Below are positions 50,994-62,972 of a stretch of DNA of 64,000 nt, piece by piece; position 1 is the stretch's first letter, and every line of letters starts with the position of its first letter. The position numbers and the translations under genes were made by a program. Source of the DNA: Okamejei kenojei (Eukaryota); NCBI GenBank assembly GCA_035221665.1, contig CM069142.1, positions 35,464,001 through 35,528,000 on the forward strand, in the 5' to 3' direction. The notes under the pieces were generated by a model that worked only from the letters and a program-made list of their open reading frames with translations, made no database searches and was not told the origin of the DNA.

Positions 50994-53254
50994 CTAAAAA
51001 AAAAACAATGAAACAAAAAGTTACTGTTTCTAAAAGGAAACGTTGACAAAAATAAAACCCATGAGAAGTTAAAATAGAAACTTGGTTAAGATTTAATTGC
51101 AGATAAAGGAAAGAAACAGCCTAAACCATGAAGGTTCAATATGGACATCAAAAACAAAACTACATGTGCTGGAAATCTGAAATAAATGCTGGCAACTCAG
51201 CAGCTCAGGCAGTACCTGTAGAGACAAAGTGAGAGAGTCAGTAAATATTGAGGACACTTCTTTAACTCTGGGAAAGAGAGAAAAAGTAATTTTATGGTGC
51301 AGAGAATGCAGCAGGAGGGATGGAAATAACCAAGCAACTATCTTTGATAGTGCAAGGACAAGTCAAATGGTTTAACGGGGCTGTCTGAAGTTGATTATGC
51401 TCTTTTGTCTGTGTTGTGTGTCAATTATCAGATGGTCAGAAATTATACAGATTCCTAGAGGTAGTATGTAGATTATTCTCATTATCCATTTCAATCCTGC
51501 ACAAAATTAATTCATGCTCGTTCAAGTTTAATCTTAACTGTCGACATACTTGTTCTTCTAACTGGTGCTTGTACCAAATTCAAACACACTATCAGGGTCA
51601 TCACACTATCAGCTTATCAATTCCAGAGGAACTGAGAATTTCTGCAGCAGCTGACAGCTTTATTCTATGTTCCTCTTCCCACCGCAGCCCCATCAACGTC
51701 CCTTTAGTAATTCAAATGCTAAACTACCCATCAACCAGGCTTCCCTTTACTGTAGCTTTCAATGCCAGAATATTGGTGCTGTGGAGCTGTGCATGAAATG
51801 TGCAGTAATGTTGGGTGTGAACATACCTGCCTTCGCATCATGCAATGATAACTAGCACACCAGCTTTCTCACTGCACAATGCACTTCCCACCAATAACAG
51901 CTCACTGATGCTATTGGATTCCATGAAGAACAATCAATTCCAGATATCAGACTTTCTGCAAAAAGTCTGGACAAAAGAGATAGTTCCTTAGATATAGTAC
52001 AACTCCGATAAATCTAATATTTTGTTTGGAAATCTCCATGGTTCGGCATTTGGTCATTTATAAACAGTAAAAATAAACCATTTAAATGACAAATGGTAAA
52101 TGTAGGAATGAATATCAGTTACATTCCAAACTATAACAACCCAGAGTAAAGCTCAGGAAGTGAATCAAGGAATATTGTTAAAGAATACTTTCATCCGTCA
52201 TTTCCTTTCTCCTCTCTCTACATTTACTAGAGGGCTCTCCCTACCCAAGCGACTGATCTCATTGCATTGAGATTATAGTCCATATCAAATCATTTTGTGT
52301 CTATCCATATTTAAAATTTTGTGGGTACTAATTTGTATTCTTCTGGAGTTTTCTTATTGCAAAAAACAATCAGGCAATACTGGTCATGAAACTCCTTCTA
52401 CCAGGCAAGGGTGAGGGCAATATAAACTGTATTCCCAAAGCACATTCCAAGGCAAAGGTTTTGAGGGTCTCACTGTAGAAAAATACCCAAGATTTGACAA
52501 AAAAAGGCAAGAATGATTTGATAACCCGACTTAAAAGACCGACAGAAAACAGGACACAAGATTTTTCTGGATTCACAGAATTACCTGGATTTTCTCCAAA
52601 ATAGTACCATCAGGACTTCCACATTGAGTTGAGAAGGTTAAGGCTCACCCCAAAAATGAGAAACATACAAATGGAGATTCTGTTGGAAAGACTTAGCAAA
52701 TATATTTTGATGATTGAAGCTATTCTAAGGAACACAATGCTCAAAATAGTTCAGTTCCTTCATGGAGTACATTTAAGAAAGATAAGGTTGTGCATGATCA
52801 TTAAACAACATTTCCTTCACATCAAAACAACAGGAGGAAACCGCAAGAACACTTGCAGCTCTGGTAACTTCCTGGGCAAACAAAATTTAAACCACACTAA
52901 GCATATATATGAGCTTCCGATCATAATACTTACTACCTCATATATTCCAAAACCAAACCACTCTTGGATTCATGGAGGTTGAAAAATAATTTGCCCAGAA
53001 GGAGACCAGAAATTCCAACTAGCATTTACACTGTGCCTTATAGAGGGCACGATAAAGTGAACAGACCATGGATAAGGTGAATGCTCAGTCTTTTCCAAGG
53101 GTAGAGGATTCTAAAACTAGAGGACATATGCTTAGGCATGAGTGAGAGGGGGAAAATTTAAGAGGCACCTCAGGTGGAACTTTTTCACTGAGGGTAGTTA
53201 GAAGGCAGATACAATTTCAACTTTTAAAAACATTTGGATAGATTTGGATGCAGA

Positions 53255-53549
53255 CTTTAGACTTGAGAGAAACAGCACGGAAACAGGCCCTTAGGCCCAC
53301 TGAGTCCGGGCCGACCAGCGATCACCCTGTACACTAGCACTATCCAACACACCAAGGACAAATTATAATGTTACCATAGCCAAATAACCTAGACACCTGT
53401 ACGTCTTTGGAGTGTGGGAGGAAACTGGAGCACGCAGAGAAACCCACACGGTCACAGGGAGAACATACAAACTCCATACAGTCAGGATCGAACCCAGGTC
53501 TCTGGCGCTGTAAGGCAACAACTCTACCGCTGGACCACTGTGCTGCCCC
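53255..53549 (-). mobile_element. tRNA-derived SINE (V-SINE/HE1-like)
   Basis: Minus strand ggggcagcacagtggtccagcggtagag...cctgggttcgatcc (A and B boxes), conserved core and CR1-type tail. Confidence 0.85.
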
Positions 53550-53864
53550 TAAAAGCAATAAAAAGGGTTTGAGGGCTTTGAGCCAAATGCATGCCAATGC
53601 GACTAGCCCAGTATGCCAACTTGGCTGGCATGGACAAGGTGGGCCAAAGGGCCCAGTTCCATGCTGAATAGCTCTTTGACTCTAAGAGATGTTTCATCAT
53701 CTGTTCACAGGGTCAGTTGGGATCACAGTTTACTATATTCCATGGAGGGAAAGAAAATAATTTACATCCCCCAACATACACATTCTTTACTGTTTTCTCT
53801 GCTAGCTCAGAACAGTAGCTTTTCCCCCACTTCTGCATCAACAACTGGATTGGGACTACCTCCT

Positions 53865-54367
53865 GCCTCAGAGGCGGGTTCTCTGGATGCTTTCAAGAGA
53901 GAGCTAGATAGGGCTCTTAAAGATAACGGAGTCAGGGGATATGGGGAGAAGGCAGGAACAGGGTACTCATTGGGGATGATCAGCCATGATCACATTGAAT
54001 GGCGGTGCTGGCTCGAAGGGCCAAATGGCCTACTCCTGCACCTATTGTCTATTGTCCTGCACCTCTAAAGGACTCGTTGAATCAATTAACTTTACCACCA
54101 GCTTCCACCCTACACTCACCATTATCGAAAATATGTTGTCAAGCTGTAATGGGTGCAGAGAAGATTTATGAGGATGTTGCCAGTCTCGAGGGCTTGAGCT
54201 ATAGGGAGAGGTTGAGAAGGCCCCTATTCCTTTACTCCTTGGGGCACAGGAGGATGAGGGATGATCTTATACAGGTGTACAAAATTATGAGAGAAATAGA
54301 TCAGAAATAACGCACAATCATTTTCCCAGTGTAGGGGAATCAAGAACCAAAGACATAGGTTGAAGGT

Positions 54368-54400
<33 letters not shown>

Positions 54401-54640
54401 GAAAGAGTTAATAGGAACCCGAGTGGTAACTTTTTTTACACCAAAGGTGTAAAGGCATATCGAACGATCTGTCGGAGGAGGTAGTTGAAGCAGGTACTAT
54501 CACACATTTATGAAACATATCTACATGGATAGGATAGGTTTAGAGGGATATGGGCCAAACACAGGCAGGTGGGACTATTGTAGATGGCACACATTTGTCG
54601 GTGTGGGCAAGTTGGGCCGAAGGGCCTATTTCCATGCTGT
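53865..54640 (+). mobile_element. Two adjacent CR1 3' fragments
   Basis: EAGSLDAFKRELDRAL plus 3' UTR; LSYRERL...DLIQVYKIMR plus 3' UTR with a poly-G expansion. Confidence 0.8.
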
Positions 54641-55659
54641 ATGTAAGGTTTCAGAGAAAAACAAGGGGACCCATGACAATAAACAAAAATAATGGGAAAG
54701 ACTATTCATCGAGTACATCTGTCAAAAGAACAGATAGGGCATGATCCAAAATTTAAGAAAAGCCAAAAGCATTAAGCGGGATAGGTCAGATCAGTTGCTT
54801 AAAATATTTAGCCATTTAGAAGTGTGCACATTAACCAGTTTCTCATTGTGAATTCCGAATCAAACAGATGCTATCACATCCAAGTCGTGCTTCCACACTC
54901 CTCCTCCTCACATTGATCCTTGTGCCAAACACTTCTGGACAGGGTTTGTGGAGACCTCCAAATCTAGGGGACAACGACAGCTAACACTCCCAAAATGTAT
55001 GTTTTTGGTATTTCCCACCTAAATATGGACATCCAGTACTCTTAACCAGTACTCTTCTCCACTTATTCTGTTGGTTGAGATTTAACTGGAAACAGTAACA
55101 GAACTGAGTTATCCTCCTCTAATATTCTGTATACTCTGGAAAGATTTCCTCATTGATTCATTTTAAAGTTGGTTTAGTTTAGAGATAGTGTGCAGAAACA
55201 GGTCCTTCGGCCTACCAAATCTGCGCCGACCAGGGTTTACACCCTGTACATTACACTATCCTATGCACCAGGAACAATTTACAATTCTTACCAAAGCCAA
55301 TTAACTTACATACCTGTACGTCTTTGGAATGTGGGAGGAAACCGGAGCTCCCAGAGAAAACCCATACGGTCACAGGGAGAACATACAAGCCCCATACAGA
55401 TGGCACCTGCAGTCAGGATCGAACCCGGTTCTCTGGCGCTATAAGTCAGTACCATCGTATTGTCCTTCAAAGGATGGCATTCAGATTTTACAATCTTTCC
55501 TCACAATACAGACCCGCTTCTTGCCTGGATGTTTCTTTTTGGCAAGAACATTGTAGAGAATGACCTGCACCCAGTGCAGATCACCTGATTTTAAAGATTA
55601 GACATTGTACACTGATCTGGACAAAGCCCTTAAAAAAATAAAAAAAAAATCTTGCATAC

Positions 55660-55784
55660 CTGGCAATAACCAATTGTTTTGTTGTGATTTCCATATGCCA
55701 CCAAAACATTAAAAAGTGGCTGCAGGAAGGAGGGGTTAGTGGTTCTGCGAAACTGCACATTGTCAGGAAACGTCCTGTTAATAT
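55660..55784 (-). CDS. GRTP1: GRTP1 coding exon (exon 4 equivalent)
   Basis: 125 bp, ttttcag|AT...CAG|gtatgc. Encodes DINRTFPDNVQFRRTTNPSFLQPLFNVLVAYGNHNKTIGYCQ, with the IxxDxxR arginine finger and YxQ glutamine finger. Not in the supplied ORF track; read manually. Confidence 0.95.
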
Positions 55785-56199
55785 CTGAAAATAAAAGTTA
55801 TTTGTTATGAGGCATTATTAACCGACACTGATTTCAATTTTTTTTCCTCTTGTACAAATCCATCTGACACTTTTTCACAGCCACACCATGGTTTAGAATT
55901 AGCAAGAAAGAAAAGGTCAAGAGATCTCAGTGTCTGCACTACCCACTAAAATTCTCTCTACCTTTATTGAAAGTAAAACAATATCAAAGGATCAGGAATG
56001 GTGTTACTCTGCCTGGAGATCTACGACTGGTGGTGTTCTGTCGGGATCTCTGTTGCTTGTCATTTATTTAAATGATTGGACATAAATGTAGATGAGTTGG
56101 TGAATCAATTTTCAGACAACACCAACATTGGTGGAGTTGCAGAAAGTGAGGAAAGCTGTGACAATAAAATGACTAATCAATCTCACAAAGGCGCTCAGT

Positions 56200-56960
56200 C
56201 GAGCTAAACGAGTGTAGCTGCTACTTCATCCATTCCTGCACCCAGGAATATTAGAATATTAACCTTTAGGAATGTTGTGACTTGTTATGTGCAGCCTGAC
56301 ATGAGTATTGATAGCTGTGTAAAGGCAATGGCTGGAGTTGTTGTTCCTTCAGTCATTGTCGCAGTCTGAAAGATGTCAGAAAAGGCTGTGTTTTTCTTGA
56401 AGACCGAGCAAGCTGTGACTTAAATAAGGTGATCTTGGTGGGTGGGATTTACCTGCCTGTGGACCCATTAGGTACAATGGGTAATATTCTCCAACGCCCC
56501 TCCCCTCATGACCGATGAGCTCCATCTCCCCCTTCTGGTGGAGGAGCGGTCAGATATTACTCCAATCCCACTCAGTCTTCAGGAGAGCAGCCTCCGTCAT
56601 GCCCTTTTATTTCAACGGTAGCTGGGACACCAAGGGCAATTTTGGTATCCAGTTGCAGTTTCAGGCACTTTCAGGAAAAAAAAAGCCCTAGAATCTTGGC
56701 TGCACCCTCTACCTCAGTGCCCAGGATGCCTAAATTGCAGGGTAGAGTGTGTCACGGGCCGGGGTGGGGGGCTGAGGCCCATACTGAGGGTAAGAAGGCA
56801 AAAAATAAAACATCAAGGCCACCTTGACCCAGAGTCTAACCCTGGGGAGATTAAAAATGGACCTAATGGGGCCAGGAAGTAGGCCAGAGTGGCAGATGCA
56901 GGGACCTCCTCCGGGATGCCCCGAAGACTTGCAGAAAGAAAAGTAGGGGGTACCCATCAT
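56200..56960 (+). mobile_element. L1/Tx1-like ORF1 remnant
   Basis: Decayed frame MSIDSCVKAMAGVVVPSVIVAV*KMSEKAVFFLKTE and ILSNAPP resemble the N-terminus of Tx1-clade ORF1 proteins (from recall). Confidence 0.5.
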
Positions 56961-58425
56961 CTGAAGTAGAGAGCAGCCCTGAGGTACAGGGGCTTCCTGT
57001 GGGGGAGGATTACTCAGCTGTTATTGCCGTGTGCCCGAGTCATGTCCATTGCTTGGCCCTGCAGTGGTGGGATTACCAGAAATGGTAGTTGTAGCGACGG
57101 GACCCTAGCCTGAGCTCTTTGTCCAGGCTGTGTGAGGGTGAAAGGAGCAGTGATCCACTCGATGGGGGGGGGGGGGGGGGCGCTATTAAAGATGCTAGCC
57201 CTATCCACAAAGCAAGGTGCAGATGTGGGGAAGCTCTGGGTGCTGGTTCAGGGGTGGGGACCTGGGTGTGTTTGTGGACAGGGCCCGTGCAGGTCATGTC
57301 CTCTGTTCAGAGTTTGAGCTTGCCATCCTGGAGGCACAGAAAGTTCCCTTGAATCATGCTTCCCCAAGTCTGGAGATAGCGAGCAATGGCGCTGTGTAGG
57401 CCTTTCTGGTCTGATGCCCAGATTGAAGAGGGTCTTTGCCCTGCTGCCACAAGCACCGCAGCAGAACCCGGGGAGGATCCCTCTGTCACCGTCTTGGGGG
57501 TGGGATCGGGACGGTGGGGCTGGCTGGCTGGCTCACCACCTGCCGCCCGAGCAGGTTGAACATATCGGCCGCTGGCAGTGTTTGTTCGGAGGGTGATGAG
57601 CCACTGTGCCTAAAGAGGGTAAAAGGCCGCCTGGGGGAGTCCAAGAGGAGGGGGACTGGTGGAGAAACTCTGGCCTGTTGATGGGCGGTGGAGGGAGGCG
57701 GATTCACTGGTGGAGGCTCGTGGGGGCTGGAGTAAAGGTACGGGCCAGTGGAAACGGCATCAGCCGCCACAATCAGCCGGGGAGTCAGCGGCAGCAGTGT
57801 CAGTCGCCCCGGGGAGGCAGTGAGGGCCGGCAGAACCAGTGTCAGAGGCGCTGGGGAGGCTATCGATCCAACTATCACTTGCCAGCTTTTGCCCCATTCC
57901 TTTCCCTCATCTGATTCCACCATCTATCTCTCCTCTGCTCCATCAGTCTGAAGAACTGTCCCAATCCAAAATGTCACGTTAATTTCCCTCCACAAATGCT
58001 ACCTGACTGAGTTCATTCAGCCGTTAGTATTTTGCTCTAATACCATCATCTGCAGTCTTGTAACTCTATTTTGTTCTCTGGTACCTTCTTATGTAAACAT
58101 ATTACATAGGTGTAATAGGTACGTAAGCCGCACCTAGCCTCTCTTTTAGTTTTTAAGATGGCAACAACAGAAAAAAGAAAATGTGCTATTTTTCTTTGTG
58201 TCATTTTAGTAGACCTTGCTAAAATGCTTGGAATTAAGACTGTCACACTGGGCTTGAGATCAGAGATACCCAAACTACCCACTTTCATGTTTCCTTTCCT
58301 TCATCTGTTCCTGTATCCCGCCCTATCACATGCAACACTCCTATGATTACATAACACAAATTAACTTTAGGACTTCATATGAGATTACAACTGTTATTAT
58401 TAGTTTAATGATAAGCATATGGTAC

Positions 58426-58584
58426 CTGTTCTAATAGATTCAACCAGCTTTGTATCTTCCTCCATTTCCAGCAGTTTCTTGTAGTAAGTTGGATTATTTT
58501 CCATCTGTCCTTGGGCTCCACTCACAGTCATCCAGATGAGACTACGATATTCATTTGGAATGCCTTTTCTGATATATCGTTTTA
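58426..58584 (-). CDS. GRTP1: GRTP1 (TBC1D6) coding exon, equivalent to human exon 3
   Basis: 159 bp, aaag|TA...ACA G|gtacc. Encodes VKRYIRKGIPNEYRSLIWMTVSGAQGQMENNPTYYKKLLEMEEDTKLVESIRT, the start of the TBC domain. Confidence 0.93.
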
Positions 58585-59960
58585 CTTTTATGGGAATAAA
58601 AGTGATTAATATTTTAAACACATTAACACAATAACACTCAAGATCACCTTCACTGATGGTCTCGACATAACTTTTGAAGTAGTTTTCTCGCTTTTTTAAA
58701 AACAAGTTCAAGGTAATTCTTGAATTAACCAGGATACAGTTGTTTACTATTGGCAATTTATGTACATCCAGAGCAAGTGCTGGTGGTGCCATGACACTAT
58801 TATTGGACATTATTGAAAAGAGAACGTGCAAATGATTAGACATTAGTACTGCGAGTCCTCCTCTTAGCCTCAGCATTATTGTTTTCGAACATGCTCAGCA
58901 GAATTTAACAACAACGACAAGACCATCAGCACTCCAACAAAAATATTGTCTTTCTCTAGAAGTGCAAATATATCTGTATTAAACTCCATTAACCATTCCT
59001 CAGCCCACCTGCCCAACGTGATCAAGATCCTACTTTAATTTTGAATAATCTTCTTCACTATCTATGATGCCACCTACTTTTGTGTAATCTGCAAATCATG
59101 CTTTGTACATTGTTATCCAAATCATTGATATAAATCACAAACAGCAAAGGACTCAGCACTGATCCCCGAGGCACACCACAAGACACAGGCATGACGTCCA
59201 AAAGTAAAATTCCACCATCACCCTCTGCTGTGTTCCATGAAGCTAATACTCTAACCAGTCAGCTAGCACGCCCTGGACCTCATGCAATCTAACATTCCAG
59301 AGCAGGATTGGAAGCTAAAAAATTAACTGAATAAAAATGTCCAAAAAAGATTTGTTATCAATAATGTGACTAAATGGAAAAGTCTCCACACCCATGTTAA
59401 GGCCCCAGGAACACTTTATTCAAGCAAGGTAATGATGTTGCTATTCAGGCTAGAAGTATTTGGCAGAGAAGTCGCTTGATTCTCTTGGAGTTCATGAACC
59501 ATTTTGGGTATGACAAACTTCTTTATTCAGTCATATCTTTTATCTCTGGATGAAAGAGCCTTTCAATTTCAACAGAAGCCCTTCATAAATCCTTTTCCTT
59601 TCTCTTTGGTCAAAAATGAATGAATACCCTGGTATAGTGATATTATATAACTAATTTGGGAGGAAGGAGCTGCAGATCATTTTTTTCCAAAACAGTAGGA
59701 TCTATGTGAACGGGCTTTCAAACTGCTGCCTAGCTGTAGGCTTTCCATATGCCAAGTCAATTGCCACAGTTAAATTTAATTCTTCCCAACAGTAAAATGC
59801 TCACCCACTAAGGTCATCCTCTAGATATTCAACAGAATCTCAGTCCATTTTGCATAATCTGAATAGTATTTACAATCCACAAGTGTTCCCACGTTATAAG
59901 CACCTTCCCAGATTTAACATCTTTCTAACCTCTGATGTATTTATAGCTTATCATATCATA

Positions 59961-59997
59961 TCTATTATATATATCACACCTATATACTTTTAAAACG

Positions 59998-60078
<81 letters not shown>

Positions 60079-61205
60079 GGAGATTTTGCCTTTGAAACGT
60101 ATTTTCTCGAAAACCACTCGCAAAAACGCAGAGATTTTTACATATTTCGGTACCGATTTAACTTATGATATCCTCATAAATTTGATCAATTTGATCCTCT
60201 CTAAATTTGATCAATTATCTCCCCAGATTTTTAATGAAGTTGTTCACAAAGCAGACTGTTTTTTAAAAATCAAACTGCTGCGGCAGCTGCGGACGTACAA
60301 TGCCCTTGCTCGCGGCACCACCCCCCTCCCCCGCTCTCGATTAAAGCAAATGCTCGTAACGCGCACTTTCCACCACCATTCCCCCCCCACCACTGTCATT
60401 TTTTTGCCTCCCGCTGTGCTGCGGACCAAAGATCCAGAGGGAGTAAACCTTCTCATCGCGTGCCCCGCGCGACCATAACGGATGCCGCCGCCCGGCTCGG
60501 CTCTCCTCCACCCCTCCTCATCTCCCTACCTATTGTTTTAAAATATAACTGAATCTGAAGCGACCTGATGACGTCACAATGCCTTTGCTCCTCGCGACCA
60601 GCTGCGCAGACTTTTCAATGCACAGCCAGGAGCTGCGAGTCACGTGGCCCAGCTGCCTCTCCCCACAGTGTCTGGATGGAAGCCCGTGAACATGTGATCA
60701 AGTCGGCCAGCATGCTCTGCTGGGCTTTTTGAAGTTCAACATGGCGGCGGCGGTCGTTATTTTGAAGTTCAACATGGCGCCGCCGTGGACAAGCGCCGTT
60801 GAAAAGTCGCCGTCGCGCCCGTCACAGGGGACGACCTCCTCTGCGTCTCCCCCGCCTGAGTTTGGGAGTGTGTGGTGAGTTTGCTGCCGGCCCTCTGCTG
60901 TTTTTCACAGTCCTCAGAGCGCTGTGGGCCTCGCTCTGGTCAACGATGCTCGCAGCCTACCTCGGGCCTGGTGCCTGATGGGGAGACTTGTGCTCTGCAG
61001 CTTCGTTAGCTGCTGCCTGTATCCCGTCCACATCCCTCTCTACCCCCTCCCCGAGGCAGAGAAAGAGAGAGCGAGCGGGTGGGAAAAAGAGGGGGGGGGG
61101 GGTGGAGGGAGAGGGTCCTTCCTCTCTGCCCCCTCCCTCTCTAGGGAACCCCCCCCCCACCATTTCCCCCTCCTCTCTCTCCCCCCCTCGTGTGTTTGGG
61201 AGGTG

Positions 61206-61289
<84 letters not shown>

Positions 61290-61358
61290 CCGGCCACAGG
61301 CCCCCCCCCCCCCCCCCCCCTCCGCCCTCGTTGAGGGGACGGGACCCCCTTGGTCTAG
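59961..61358 (+). mobile_element. Non-autonomous Helitron-like element with two (TG)n tracts
   Basis: A|TCTAT-like 5' end. 3' GC hairpin (aggggacgggaccccct) followed by tggtCTAG|T at 61355-61359. No TIR or TSD. Confidence 0.65.
59999..60075. repeat. (TG)n microsatellite
   Basis: Pure TG run. A second run lies at ~61209-61288. Confidence 0.98.
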
Positions 61359-62553
61359 TATATACTTGAAAGTCTGATCTTGTATGTGCATGTATTTATT
61401 TGTGTATTTGTTTGTGTATAATCACATCTTCTCGAAAAAACGACGAGCAACATTTTAATATATTCCGGTAGAGATTTATCCCGTGGACTCCGAAATCATC
61501 TCATTACAAAATTTCATGCATTATTTTTTCGAGTTATTAATCAAAATGTTCAAAAATCTCAAAAAACTTGGGGGGAAAATAACTGCTTATTCCCTGTCCT
61601 TAAACCCGTCACACGGTGCGAGTCAACCCACGAGTGACCCCGAGTTTAAAACAAATTAAACTCGTGGTAATCACGTACAATTAACGTAGCGGGAACGTCA
61701 GAACTCAACTTAGTGACTCGTGGCACTAAAGGCAGGTACCAGGGAAACTTGTTAACTCTTGAAAAATGTTAAACATGTTTAAAGATTTCCACGAGTCAAA
61801 TTTACTCTTGAAGTTAAAAATTGAAACATTTAAACTTGTTATAAGAACGTAGTAGCCCGTGAGTTTACCGCAGTGATTCGTGACACTCCATGGACACTCT
61901 TTAATTCAGCAGGCAGGCAGCATCTTTGGAGAGAAGGAATGGGTGACAGGCTGTGTCTCCCTGTCCCTGGGATAGCAGGGGGCGATCAAACAGCACAATA
62001 CCTCCCTCCCCCTCCACGCCAACACGAAAGGCAACAATCCAAAGGCTTTAGCGTCAGAAACAGCGGGCAGGCGACAATCGCCCACCATAACGCGAGAGAG
62101 ATCATGCACTATTGTAGGTCTTCTTTGCACGTCGGTGTTTCTGTCTTTCTCCATCTCAATGCTGGCCCCGTCTGTCGCCACCCCCAACTCTGCTTCCCGG
62201 CCATGTGTGACCCCTACCCATACCTGCCAACTATTCCGATTTGGGCGGAATTCTTCCGATTTTTCCATCCCAATTCCGAATTCCGATTTTTTCCTGCATA
62301 TTCCGAAAAAATTGGAATTCGGAATTGGGATGGAAGCGTGCATGCGACCCATGGCGGCGGCGAGGAGACAGCGAGAGAGCGCACCGCGCCTGCGCCGCTT
62401 ATGGGGACACGCACGGGTGTACGTCAGCACGCAGCCGCATGACCCCGCCCCGCCACGGTGGCGTTCGGCGTCACTTGCCCCCCCCCCGCACTGAGGGGGG
62501 GGGGGGGCAAGTTCACTTTGTTAACGAAGAAACTGCAGATGCTGGAGAATGGA

Positions 62554-62863
62554 GGGTTACACAAAATGCTGGAGAAACTCAGCGGGTGCAGCAGCATCTA
62601 AGGAGCGAAGGAGATACACAAAATGCTGGAGAAACTCAGCGGGTGCAGCAGAAAGTCTGAAGAAGGGTCTCGACCCGAAACGTCACCTATCTCCTTCGCT
62701 CCTTAGATGCTGCTGCACCCGCTGAGTTTCTCCAGCCTTTTGTGTATCTCCTTCGCTCCTTAGATGCTGCTGCACCCGCTGAGTTTCTCCAGCCTTTTGT
62801 GTATCTCCTTCGCTCCTTAGATGCTGCTGCACCCGCTGAGTTTCTCCAGCTTTTTGTGTAACC
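62554..62863. repeat. Inverted/tandem array of a 57-bp Penelope pLTR-derived unit around a hammerhead-like motif
   Basis: About 1.7 units (62554-62651), then CTGAAGA-A-GGGTCTCGACCC-GAAAC-GTC (62657-62684), then 3 reverse-complement units (62688-62858, period 57). Confidence 0.9.
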
Positions 62864-62867
62864 CCCC

Positions 62868-62972
62868 TGAGGTCACTTTCCCGCCCTCACTGACGTCACG
62901 TACCCCGCCCCTTACTGACGTCACTTGCCCCGCCCCTTACTGACGTCACGTGCCCCGCCCTCACTGACGTCA
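62868..62972. promoter_or_regulatory. Tandem array of CRE (TGACGTCA) and GC-box (CCCCGCCC) motifs
   Basis: Perfect TGACGTCA at 62891, 62916, 62941 and 62965 (plus TGAGGTCA at 62868), each separated by a GC box. Period 23-25 bp. Function untested. Confidence 0.55.

Noticed and set aside
54367-54399. Poly-G tract as a functional G-quadruplex
   Set aside because: Homopolymer expansion within a decayed CR1; its length is unreliable and there is no supporting evidence.
60002-61391. Cys-Val / His-Thr repeat ORFs
   Set aside because: Translations of (TG)n microsatellites.
62688-62972. CRISPR-like array (regular repeats of 57 bp and 24-25 bp)
   Set aside because: The units are head-to-tail with no unique spacers, there are no cas genes, and the context is a vertebrate intron.
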